Origin: Strigamia acuminata
Lineage: Eukaryota
Direction: 5' to 3'
NCBI GenBank assembly: GCA_949358305.1
Contig: OX442314.1
Location: 32,736,001-32,800,000, forward strand
DNA length: 64,000 bases
The notes beneath the pieces are model-generated. The model did not search any database. It was not told the origin of the DNA and saw only the letters and a list, made by a program, of their open reading frames with translations. Positions 21,201-31,159 of this stretch are shown here, piece by piece (position 1 is the first letter of the stretch; the number at the start of each line of letters is the position of its first letter). The position numbers and the translations under genes are program-made.

Positions 21201-22511
21201 TACTATTGGCCCGAAATGAGAAGGGACATCGTACGATTCATACGACACTGTCCACGATGCCAAGCCTGCAAGCCTCGGAATAAGGCTAACTACGAGAATT
21301 TATCACTTGGACCGTTCGCCCCTTTTGATTGTTGGAGCGTAGACCTTATGGGTCCTAAGATAACAAGTGCAAATAGCCACAAATACATACTCGTGATCAT
21401 GGATGTCGCAACAGGATGGCCAGAGTTGTATCCGATGGCCCACCCGACTAAGCAGAAAATAATCCAGTGCCTCTACGAAGTCGCGTTACATTTTGGCTTC
21501 CCGCGGAAATTAATTTCCGATAATGGCCCACAATTCGCATCAAGGTTATACAAGGATTTCTGCAATCAATTCGACATTCAACCATCATTTACTTCAACGT
21601 ATAACCCACGGGCTAATCCCGTGGAGCGACTCAACCGCGACATAAAATATGCGCTTGCTATTTTCACAGACGTACATTCCAAGTGGGACGAGTTCCTTAA
21701 AGAAATAGCATTTAGCATCCGAACGACCATTTCGAGAAACCGCGGCTTTTCCCCGGCTTATCTCAACTTCGCTCGAGAGCTACGAGTGCCCTGGGATCCA
21801 CGCATCCCAGAAGGAATTCGAAAAGTCGATCCAAAAAATCCTCACATTTACGTACATCAACTAGAACAAGCAATTTCGGCAACCTACCAACATATGATGT
21901 CACATGTGTTTGACATGCGCGAACGAGTGAAAAAGTCTGAAAAGAACACACAATTTTGTAATTTCAAAATCAACGATCTCGTATGGAAAGACACTCACAT
22001 TTTATCCAGTGCAGATAAAGGGATTCATGCCGGCTTAGCCGACAAACGAGACGGCCCATACGTAATTACCAAGGCCCACGGCGGGAACGCATTTTCTCTG
22101 CAACGTTTGGCCGATAATGTAAATTTTCGATCAATCCACGCTCGAGAACTGACGCCTTACTTGCCGGAATTTCCACAAGAAGAATGGGCCGAGGACCAAA
22201 CGCAGCCATCTCCATCGCCCACAATACGAGATATGTTCGACGACATCGCCACTGTTTCAGACTTGAACGAAAGTACGACTCACGCAACTCCAGACAGCGC
22301 CGAACTAACTATCGCCCCAGATGGAAATTTAGGAGGGGAGGAAGCAGCAGTTAACGAAGAAACTCCTAAAACTCCTGAAAAAGAAAAAGAGATTACTAAA
22401 AGATCCACACGATCGAAAAGTAAAATACCAAAACCTATAACACGACAAAGTACAAGAAAAAAGGCACCAAACCCGTTTATAAAGGACGGTAAAATCACCG
22501 GGAGGACATGA
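18183..22511 (+). CDS. pol: Pol polyprotein of outer element (PR-RT-RNaseH-IN), frame intact
   Basis: LLDSGAD; LCIDYR, MPFGL, YLDD; HTDAS; HGHPLAGH...CPRC; DLMGP, SDNG, ERLNR; RDGPY. Confidence 0.97.
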   Translation: MVKADREKIINLSARPEDQTPKFTKNTTINQAINEVITEEVAKLKLKLKEKKSKEIETNNKEISDSSSEDELKAKWINTNWLEKQIKELQKKVVYFTTAYFTTEKREYSGPTTNTADGEKIAETFQELPHAYEEAPPRKKRILHCNLVKERKDSLAMLTIKFNDKKFIGLLDSGADRSFISSDLYESLDKKQRDKLRGISENVAVKTAAGEVRPVGVLTTKVIWEGGVITHPFIVLPTYDTVLLLGMDIMAIMEIQPNPITRSWNYIDKREDPRLMTVPTELLDSNDEEDEWKGGNLKQFVQDYDFKSFNARLQEGNLAHNLAMDANLGETQTKLLEEMLQKHRKILTKEPGKTNYVKHEIELSTDKPVRVPFKGMNPQKREIVKTICQDLLDKGIVSEALGEYAMRIVLVMRAGSEPRLCIDYRPLNAITVIDPVQMPSIEAILRELAPFNWVTTMDLSKGYWQVELRAEDKEKTAFWSPMGRLMFNVMPFGLVNAPATFQRLIEKVLGDALHKYAWAYLDDIIIVSQTFDEHIRHIDEVIRRLAKAGLHIHPGKSQFCRKELAFLGYKVGVNGLSIDPKKVRAITDFPAPTDVKGVQRFLGMVNFFGRLLPHLAEVAAPITDLLKTVQKINPKEDPPKDPEIKFNWTSHCEAAFDKIKQMLIDTKTIPLPDLNREFILHTDASKIGLGAALMQMHEIDGIHQEVPTIFISRKIQAAEKNYSATELECLAIVWAVRKFRPYLEFTKFTVQTDHQALRWFMGLKEPSGRMARWQLELMAYDLQIEYKPGKYNTVADALSRAPASEPDEPDDDGDDDSRIAYCPTPIRKWEFRKQNELPKEKLESSDEKYVGYWMRAYQSAKDARPNYDLSIEPRVSDKFVRAFVTHVSKGTNCVPPTREELVEAQKNDTAFCKRFYDYLTNETFPGDVYSEESREEFKIKASAYLIDDGLLLKYHPNFRDDLTESGSSIKVVIPRKVRTQILWMVHGHPLAGHAGVARTLYRASQLYYWPEMRRDIVRFIRHCPRCQACKPRNKANYENLSLGPFAPFDCWSVDLMGPKITSANSHKYILVIMDVATGWPELYPMAHPTKQKIIQCLYEVALHFGFPRKLISDNGPQFASRLYKDFCNQFDIQPSFTSTYNPRANPVERLNRDIKYALAIFTDVHSKWDEFLKEIAFSIRTTISRNRGFSPAYLNFARELRVPWDPRIPEGIRKVDPKNPHIYVHQLEQAISATYQHMMSHVFDMRERVKKSEKNTQFCNFKINDLVWKDTHILSSADKGIHAGLADKRDGPYVITKAHGGNAFSLQRLADNVNFRSIHARELTPYLPEFPQEEWAEDQTQPSPSPTIRDMFDDIATVSDLNESTTHATPDSAELTIAPDGNLGGEEAAVNEETPKTPEKEKEITKRSTRSKSKIPKPITRQSTRKKAPNPFIKDGKITGRT

Positions 22512-22757
22512 TAAAGCAAGAAAAATCCAAAATGGTTGGCATAACCAATCAAAAGCGATAAAACAATATGACGTAATTACCCCGACCTCCTAGGGACAAA
22601 AACAATCACAAGGAGACTCCAACAATCAACTACGTATTACATACGAAAGCCAATCAAGATACTTAACCTCGACTACCCTTTCAACTTTGCACTCCGCGTT
22701 CTGTCACGACGACAACAGGTGCTTGACAAAAATCGCAACCAACAAATTGAATCAAAA

Positions 22758-22901
22758 ATGCGAAGAAACTGGAAGCAATCACCCGACAACGAAGAGGAAG
22801 AAATGGATCGGGACCCAAGCGAAGACGAATGGAACGATCCCGCAAGATGGGACGAGGTTGAACCGGAAGAAAATCGGGAAAAGCCCGATGGAAACGAAAA
22901 G
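22758..22901 (+). CDS. Candidate first coding exon of outer ORF3 (acidic, 48 codons; frame is open back to 22572)
   Basis: ATG 22758 to AAG|GTAAAA donor at 22902, phase 0, matching the acceptor ending at 23117. Confidence 0.55.
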
Positions 22902-23117
22902 GTAAAAATAACAAAGAATTTAATTTGTGGCTAAACCACGAAAATACGTGAAACAAGATTCATAAAAGAAAACATCTTTATGTCAACAAACGAAAAATGA
23001 CACGAGCCATTATTTAAGATTCAACACGTGTAAAAAGCACATGGTCGACCATGGCGCCATCTTGAATTCAAATTCGGAATTTAACAAAAATCTAATTTTT
23101 ATGTATTCATTCCTCAG

Positions 23118-25673
23118 CCGGAACACCAACTTACGTGGGGACCCATCGATCCGCAAAACGTGTCTTCGGGTACACTCTGGAGAAGCGAAATTCCGACCCC
23201 ATTTCGAAGAGCGTTAGAGGACGACGTCGACACCGGACCATGGAAAATTCGGCTCACTTCATCCCGAGCCCGATCGCGATTTTGGGCAAGTCAGGAGACC
23301 CTGATACACTACTTCCCAGAAAAGATGCGCGACGCACTGAGGACTGAAATTCCAGAACGCGACGACGCACCAGCACCACTCCCAAACAAGTTTTTGGAAA
23401 AGGACTACCCAAGCGAGCCCGAAGAGTGGGCTGTCCTCGAGAGGTGGCAAAACGCCGCTACAGACGAAGAGCGCCGACAAATACACAGAGACTATTACAA
23501 CGAAGTCAGACGGACGGCGTATCGAGATCTCTTCAAAATACTGAAACCAGCAGGGTATTCGACAGATGAGATAAAAACTTGGTTAAGCCAGGTTCGAGGA
23601 GAAAGACCAGACGTTCCCAACTGGCGACCCGAACACGGATTTATCACCTCACAGAAAGCAATGCACCAGCTCCACTACCTGGGCATCTTTGGGCGCAAGC
23701 GACAAAAAGCGGAGAAGCGACTCTCGAGCGAGTTGTTGAATAACACACACGACAACAAGCGACGACGCCTGGATCAGCCAAGCACGTCGTACAACACGCA
23801 AGATCGATCGCAGTCACATCCTCGAGTTTATTACCGACACGCTCGAGAACCCTCACCGCGACGAGAACCCAGAGTCGAGAGACCACGAGAGGTTGAGACT
23901 TACCGCTACTCCAGGAATCGACCGAACCAACGCGGATGCCTCAGGTTATCGAGACCACGAGCGGAAACATGGGGACGCTTTGAGAGATCACGTGAAGTCG
24001 ATGAGGTAGAGACTCTGCAAGTGGAAGTTCGACAAGAAGTGCCAATAACGATCGAACACGAACAATCGGTAGAGCCGATGATCGTACCCGAACAAGAAAA
24101 ACTTTACACCGAAGCCGATATGGTAGCAGCCGTCCTGAAAGTCAAGAACGAACAGGCGAAACCCGTCTATCGGCCGACCAAATCAATCGAGATGAGTGTA
24201 ACATCGGTACCAAGCGCATTCATCAAGGCGCCAACAAAACCAGTTAGTAGCGTGCCTTCTAGTCTGCCCAGCGCATTCCGAAAGACTGTGATTATCGGAA
24301 CCCCAACATCGCTGAGTCCCTTTGAACAACTTAAACGACGACAAGATCGTTTTGGACCCATTTTCCCGGCCGTACCGGAAGAAACGCGAAGCGAAATTTC
24401 CACGTCGAGAACGCCGATTGTTTGGGATGAGCCCGAACCCGACATTCAACGAGTTTTAATTAATTCAAAGCAAGTGGCCGTGGCTAAAACCGATAAGAAC
24501 GACCAAACGCCTTCAAAACCAACTTCCAATAACCAGTCTCCGGAGGTTCGAGCCACGATCCAGTTCGACCCAACGCCATACGATTTACAGTCGTTTCTCG
24601 ACACAACCACGATCGAACAAGCGAAAGAGATGGTGTCCGACGTTGACGAATATCAAGCCAGGACCATGCGGATTGCGGTAACAAACATCCAAAGTGCGGC
24701 CATAGAGTTCATCAAGAGCCCTGGACGAGATCATCCGTCACGGACAGCGCGCACAACGGTCGTACTCACGGACATGATGTCGCTCGTATTGGCCGCGTCC
24801 ACATTTAGAAACGCCCGTGTAGCGTTGGCAGCCTGGGCAGTCGTCGCACATGAAAGCTTTCTGTTGCCTCCCGCTCTCATCGAACGATGGCTAAAGTTAG
24901 TCCCTTCCTGTATCCAGGTTCGCGCACAGTTAGTTGCGGAGGACGTCGACCCGGAGCAATCATATCAAGCGGTCCGAACTGTGGCTTTACCACAGAGCAA
25001 ACCAGTCGTATTAATCAACGAACCTCTCCCTGAGACTCCGGCAAACCAGACAGTCCCGGCAGCCGCTCCAGAGGAGACGATAAAGTTCCCCGAAGGACTG
25101 GTCCCGATCGAAGGCGTGAAAGCAGTCGTCCGAAAATCGAAAGCGAAGCCGAAGATCCTGCGGCCCAAGAAAAGGATGGAGCCAAAGCCGTTGCCTCCAA
25201 TCGATGCACATCTGAAGACGTATTATCCGAGCTTGACCATGACCAAGGGAACGAAGGATAAAATTAAGAAATCAAGCGATCATGGTCATTCGCTTTATGT
25301 GTGGATGGAACGCACCCTCGAAGCGGGTCCGGGCGTCGATTTCATTCAACACCAACGTCTATTGCGCGCCCACCGTGCCCCAAAGACTCCAGCCGAGGCC
25401 CAGAAGATCCACCACACGAATCAAGGCCTAGCTCCCTTCCTTTCACGTATTTGGATACACGAACGAGTCGGCGCCGCATACGAACCGGTCGGCGGCCACG
25501 ATCGATATTTTATCGGAGAATTTGAAGATCCAAGCGACCGCTCGTCCCGTCTTACCTCTACTCCGCCGATCAGTAAACCCACAACTCTGAAGATGGCTGA
25601 ACCATCCGTAACTGAAGAACTACCTCCACCTCCGCCTCCGGATGTTCCCCAGGGATCACCTGAGAAGAAGTAA
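23118..25673 (+). CDS. Accessory ORF3 of outer element (851 codons; about 899 aa if spliced), unknown function
   Basis: Long intact ORF between pol and PPT with no ATG at its 5' end; preceded by CTAAT branch-like site (near 23092) and TTCATTCCTCAG acceptor; no env hallmarks. Confidence 0.85.
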   Translation, partial: PEHQLTWGPIDPQNVSSGTLWRSEIPTPFRRALEDDVDTGPWKIRLTSSRARSRFWASQETLIHYFPEKMRDALRTEIPERDDAPAPLPNKFLEKDYPSEPEEWAVLERWQNAATDEERRQIHRDYYNEVRRTAYRDLFKILKPAGYSTDEIKTWLSQVRGERPDVPNWRPEHGFITSQKAMHQLHYLGIFGRKRQKAEKRLSSELLNNTHDNKRRRLDQPSTSYNTQDRSQSHPRVYYRHAREPSPRREPRVERPREVETYRYSRNRPNQRGCLRLSRPRAETWGRFERSREVDEVETLQVEVRQEVPITIEHEQSVEPMIVPEQEKLYTEADMVAAVLKVKNEQAKPVYRPTKSIEMSVTSVPSAFIKAPTKPVSSVPSSLPSAFRKTVIIGTPTSLSPFEQLKRRQDRFGPIFPAVPEETRSEISTSRTPIVWDEPEPDIQRVLINSKQVAVAKTDKNDQTPSKPTSNNQSPEVRATIQFDPTPYDLQSFLDTTTIEQAKEMVSDVDEYQARTMRIAVTNIQSAAIEFIKSPGRDHPSRTARTTVVLTDMMSLVLAASTFRNARVALAAWAVVAHESFLLPPALIERWLKLVPSCIQVRAQLVAEDVDPEQSYQAVRTVALPQSKPVVLINEPLPETPANQTVPAAAPEETIKFPEGLVPIEGVKAVVRKSKAKPKILRPKKRMEPKPLPPIDAHLKTYYPSLTMTKGTKDKIKKSSDHGHSLYVWMERTLEAGPGVDFIQHQRLLRAHRAPKTPAEAQKIHHTNQGLAPFLSRIWIHERVGAAYEPVGGHDRYFIGEFEDPSDRSSRLTSTPPISKPTTLKMAEPSVTEELPPPPPPDVPQGSPEKK

Positions 25674-25740
25674 AGTGAAATCTAACTTTGAGTTTTCGCA
25701 ATGTTTGTTGTTTTATTGTAAATCCCCCAACAACATTGCT

Positions 25741-25752
25741 GAGGAGGGGACG
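25741..25752 (+). promoter_or_regulatory. Polypurine tract (outer)
   Basis: GAGGAGGGGACG immediately before the 3' LTR. Confidence 0.85.
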
Positions 25753-26365
25753 TGTGGTGACCACGAGGTCACAAAAGTGTTTTAATAATTTATAATTCAA
25801 TAAATAATGATTTTAGTATTCATAATAAAATATTGTCAGATCATTACGGAAAAACTAGCTATACTAGTTTTACCGTTTCTGCGGGACGGACGTGACAACG
25901 TCATGAATTTGCATAATTCTCCGAATTTAGGCAAATACGTCATTTCCGGTCCAGCCAGTATTTAAACCCGTGTCTGACCGGAAACCCCCCACTTTATAGA
26001 TACCAGAGCAACATTAGCATCACCACCTCACCTTTCAGGCCGAACACCACGGATTGATAGAGGATCGATGCCCGTTGCCAAATTCATCTATAAACCACAG
26101 TCACAGATATTTATCGTAGCAATACTACGATAGTAATATCTACCGAAGCGAAGCGTTTGCGAACACGTGTTTCGCCAGACGCCATTACCCTAGACAACAG
26201 AAGCCACGTGTAAGACTGCCGTGCAGCAACAAATCGTATCCGCCGACAAGGATCCGAGACCACAACATTGTTAAGTATATTTGTATTATATTACAAGTGT
26301 GAAATAAAAGGTTATTATTGTAAGATATTGTGTTAAGTTTATTTACCGGAACCAAGGTTACGACA
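25753..26365 (+). repeat. 3' LTR of outer element
   Basis: Direct repeat of 1034-1646; followed by TSD CACT. Confidence 0.97.
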
Positions 26366-26715
26366 CACTTACCTCTATTTTGTTCCTTTCTGAAAACCAT
26401 CAGTTATTCAAAATCCATCCAGTCATACTTTTGCGTTCAAAGTTTAGATTTTTGATAATTACTGCACAAACATTCATTCATGTCAAGTTAAATAAAAGCC
26501 TTTAAAAACAAATTTTTTTGGACGTGAAAACAGTTTTTTTTAGTTTTAAAAACCAAACAGGGCTTAAATTTTCATTGAAGTAAAACTTTGAACGTACAAA
26601 AAAAATCAATAAATACAAAAATTAAAACAAATCAATCATTCATTCATTCAATTACTCTTATGCCATTAAAAAGAAATCAACAATAATTTACTTTATAAAT
26701 GGAAAGAAAAATTTA

Positions 26716-26746
26716 TTCAATTCAATTCAATTCAATTCAATTCAAT
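26716..26746. repeat. (TTCAA)n microsatellite
   Basis: About six perfect pentamer units. Confidence 0.8.
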
Positions 26747-27537
26747 AAAAACGAAATAAAAATAATAAAATTGAAGAAATATAAATTAATAATGAAAAAT
26801 AAATATAAATTAATAATGAAAAATAAATATTAAAAATCAACAACAAAATTCAATTCACTTCAATTACAAATGTAAATACCGTATTTTATTGATTAAGAGC
26901 TGCGGCTATTTTTAAAAAATGCCATTTCGGTTTTTTGTTACATTTGTTTATTGTAACAAACAAAGTCTGAATTTAATATAATGGCCCCCATCGGTTAAGA
27001 AAGAAAGAAAGAAAGAAAGAAATCTTGATTGAAATTCATAAATATAGACGAAATCTCGATAGAAATCGGTAAAATACGGTAGATTAATAAAATCAAAATA
27101 ATCAAAGACTAAATCAAAATAAATCAAATAAATTAAACGATCAAATGCGGCCCAAATTTGCCGAAATTTGTGTAGAAAGGCACACTTTTCTATACAAAAT
27201 TCGGCAATTTTAGGGGGCAATTGAGCTCTACAATGCCGCCGAATGTTTAATAAATATACGAAATTGTTTAAAAACGAACAAAATTCGTTCCATTTTTGTC
27301 AGCAAATACTTTTTTGGTTTTTTGTAGGAAGCGTACGTTCATCGTTCGTTAAAATAACACTCGAAAGAAAAATAACGAGTCGGAAATGTACCGAACATCG
27401 TAGTTTGTATATTTCGTATTTATTATACATTCGACCGCGTTGGTGAGCTCAAATGCGTCCGATAAAGTAATCATTCTGAAATATTAAATAATAAAAAAAA
27501 TTTTCACACAATAAAAATCACGAAACCGTGGCAAATC

Positions 27538-27737
27538 AATGTACGACAATATTGAATTATTTCGGCGGCGTTTGGGTTGACAAACCCGGGCGTACGTGTT
27601 TAAAAGTCATGGCGTTACTGTTATTCGCCAAAATTTTACACATAAATCGTTTAATGTACGCCATGAACTTAAAACACGGTCGCCCGCGTACGTCAACCCA
27701 AACGCGGCCGAAATAATTCAATTTTGCCTTACATTTT
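27538..27737. repeat. Long imperfect inverted repeat (about 80-bp arms, about 37-nt spacer)
   Basis: TTGAATTATTTCGGCGGCGTTTGGGTTGAC...CATGGCGT pairs with ACGCCATG...GTCAACCCAAACGCGGCCGAAATAATTCAA. Confidence 0.9.
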
Positions 27738-30700
27738 TAAAATAAGAACAAATTCACGATTTGTTTGGTAAAACGTGGCGAAAATGTCTTAAAAAAAATA
27801 AATATAGCAAGAAAATTTTTTAAAAAAAAAGAATCAATTAATAAAAACAAATCAATAAATGAATTAAATAAATTGAGGTCTCCAACACAAAAAAGGCGAA
27901 AATATCATCACACGTACGAAGCGAAATGGAATAAAAACAATAAAAATGAAAAAAAATTAATTAAAAATGAAAAAAACCGGAAAATGACGAATAAAACACA
28001 AATATAATTCACCGTAGTTCACTAACGCACTTTTCGAGACAAAATTCGTGAATCGGGCAATTTTCGGCGGCCGCATTCGAAAGCTCAAATGTGCCGGAAA
28101 AAAATAAAATAAATAAAAATAAAAATAAATCCTACCGTCCACTTTACGGTGAAGCACTGTCATCCTGTCACTGTCACTCAAACACAATCCCAAACACAAA
28201 CACAAACACAAACACTTCACTTATCACTTAATTCACTAAACACAACTGGTAATCTCCTAAAAAGCTAAACACAAGTGGTAATCCATGATAATCCAGCCAT
28301 GGGTGGCCATTACAAAATGACAGTGTTAACTTTTGGGTTCCAAAAGCCATCAATAGATGGCGCTCAGTTAAAAATATCTCACAGCTAAAACCACCAACAG
28401 GTGGCGGTTATATTGGGCGAATTTGGCGTTTGGTTTGGTATTGGCCGAATTGGCGTTGTGTTTGGTTCGGTTTGGGTTTGGGTTGCATTTTTGTGTGGTT
28501 TTGGTTGCGTTTTGATTTGGTTTTAATGTTTTGTTTTGCTGTGTTTGATTTACATTATGATTGATTTATGGTTTCTGTGACCAAAAATGATTCTGCGGGT
28601 GAACAGCTAGTAAAGAATATGAAATCAAATCATACAGTTACCGCTTAAGAGTCGGCATGGAATTGTAGTTGCAAATAATTAATTTTTGTAAACGTACACC
28701 ATTTGAATGATTCGAAATTGGTTGTTTTGTGTTGTTAATTTATTATTATTTCAGTTCGATAGTGATATGAGACGTAACATTAAGGAGTCGCAAATCAAAG
28801 TTTGATTTAAGTTTTGATTTGGGTTTCTTTAATATATTGGGGTAACAAACTATGGAAATTTCTCTTGGGTTTTTTTTCTTTAATTAGGGGCAGGGTTTAG
28901 AAGTCTAATATGTAATGCTTCCCTGCATTACAAATCCCTGCTTGTTTCAATTGAATTTCTCCACATTTTTTGCAACTTTGTTTGTTTTTTCGCATTTCAC
29001 ACACACAAAAAAAGTTACCCTTTTCAACTGACTTTTACATATATTTGGTCCAAAAACAACTTTAATTTTTGTGAAAACTTACATAGAAAGTACTAAAATC
29101 TAATGAACACAATTAACCTTCGAAGTCCCCATAGTTCTTCTTTAAGAAGTCATTTTAGCATGCACCAATTTGACAGCACCGACATAAAATTTCAACACAT
29201 TTAACATAATTTTATTATCGTGAAATAATAGCAATTAAATGCAAAATTGCAGAAAACAACGCAGTAAATTGACGTAATTACATTACAACTAAAGTTATCT
29301 ACATCTGTTGCTATTTTATTCCGATAAATTGTGTTCCACAAAAGTTGACTTTACAAAAATTACTCATTTAGAAAAGACTTGATTTATTGTTATTGATTGA
29401 TCTGAATTGATCATCCCGACTTTGATTTCGTATTAATAATGTAGATTGATGCAATTAATAGCAACCGGAACAAATATCGTGATTATGGACATGATTTACA
29501 GTTATGGATTATTGCATATCAAATCATATCAGGAATAAACTACCCAAGTCTAATTTTATTATCGCATTAATTCATCGTTAATAGAAGCTTTTAATAGGCT
29601 TTTAAAAAGGTGTTTTAATGCCACATAAATTTACTTGGAAAAGTTAAAGTTTTGTAAATTCGTTGTATGAAGTTTCCCATCCGTCTTCTTTCTTCTCATG
29701 GTAGATGGCTGCAATTCAATTGCCTGAGCTTGAAAGAGGTTAGAAAAGGTTAGAATCGTTTGATGAGATGCGCCTGCTGTGTGCTTTATATTGGTCAATG
29801 TTGAAATTTTTCGAGCGCAGTATTCACTTTGATCTTAATTAAATTACTCAATTTAATCGAAAAATCTCACTATGTAAGAAGCGTGTTTGAAATGTGTGAT
29901 CTAATATCTGTTGAGTTGACCAGAGACCATACTTTGTTTTGTTTTGCAAACTGCAAATAATTTTTTTGCTACTAAAATCAAATAAGTGTTGCTGCTGAAG
30001 TTCTACAAATGTTATTACAGATATTATTTTTAACTCCTGGAGTGTTCGAAGTTCGAACTCCATCTTCTTGTCATGACATTTCATGACCCGCGCGTTCTCG
30101 CCGTGCTCTCGCTGCGCCACCTGTATTTATGCTAATAAAAATCAATATGTTAATTTTTACCAACACGCATGGCTGTTTCTTAACCATCTCCCATCTACAT
30201 CCAAATCCATCTTAATAATCGCGCATGAAGAACACATTAACTTCAACATTAAATATAAATGCAATGTCAGTTAAAAATATAAATACGAGATGTCAGGACA
30301 AAATCACTCGAAATTCCAACAATAAATTTGCGTTAGTTGCAAAGTCCGGTAGTTGATCCTCCTAGGACAAACTTAAAACAACTATACGGCATGGAAGTTT
30401 TTTTTTTGAACTTTTACCTTCGCTTCCGGTGAGTTTGCAGCAAATAATAACCACGACACACGTCATCTTCTTCCCGGTTGCTTCTGTACCAATATAAAAC
30501 CAGCCTAACCATTTGGGTCACCACCACAAACTTTTATTGAAATTTTGTATCAAAAGAGACTTCTCTAAACTTATTCAATGTAAATAAAGTCTACAACAAA
30601 CGTGTCGTCAAAACGTCGACTTTCAAAGTGCTCACTTAGACGATTCAGTAAATTAAACAAACAAAAAAAAAAGAAAGAAAAAGAAAGAAAGAAAAGAAGT

Positions 30701-31159
30701 CTTATACTCCAGAGGAGAATGATTGCCTCGCTCTTAATTAAACATCACATTAAACGAATTAAAACTAAACGAACATGTTGCAATTCAAGGCACCGACCGC
30801 ATTAAGGAGGAAAATAACAATCATAAATGTTAAAAATCAAACAATCACTCAGCTAAATTAAATTTGCCAAGCAAATTGTATAAACAAGTCACAGTATACT
30901 TGCGTTGGCCATCTACAATAGTGGGCCGCAGATGGCGCCACTAAACCCAAACCGCCCATCAATTGCCATCATCAAATCTGCCGAGGAAATTTAGCGGAAA
31001 ACTCAAACAAAAAAATAAATAAAATTATAAAAAAAAAAATATATAAAATTAAATTAAAATAAAATAATTTTTTTTTAAAAAATCATTCCTTCCATTCCTC
31101 GCGTTACCATGGCAACGGGGTAAAAACTCATCTCTGGACAGCATCTGCGACGAGACCCG

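Larger units (their letters stand above)
1034..26365 (+). mobile_element. Outer Ty3/Gypsy LTR retrotransposon (about 11.4 kb after removing the nested element)
   Basis: Direct LTRs 1034-1646 and 25753-26365 (TG...CA), TSD CACT at 1030-1033 and 26366-26369, PBS, PPT, gag, pol in PR-RT-RH-IN order, extra ORF. Confidence 0.97.

Noticed and set aside
12848..25673. Calling the third ORFs env
   Set aside because: No evident signal peptide, C-terminal TM helix or ectodomain-like Cys pattern; largely R/S/P/E-rich
1034..26365. Idea that the 25-kb composite retrotransposed as a unit because outer LTRs are identical while inner LTRs differ
   Set aside because: 0/613 versus 1/1590 is not a meaningful difference, and internal LTR polyadenylation would hinder such a transcript
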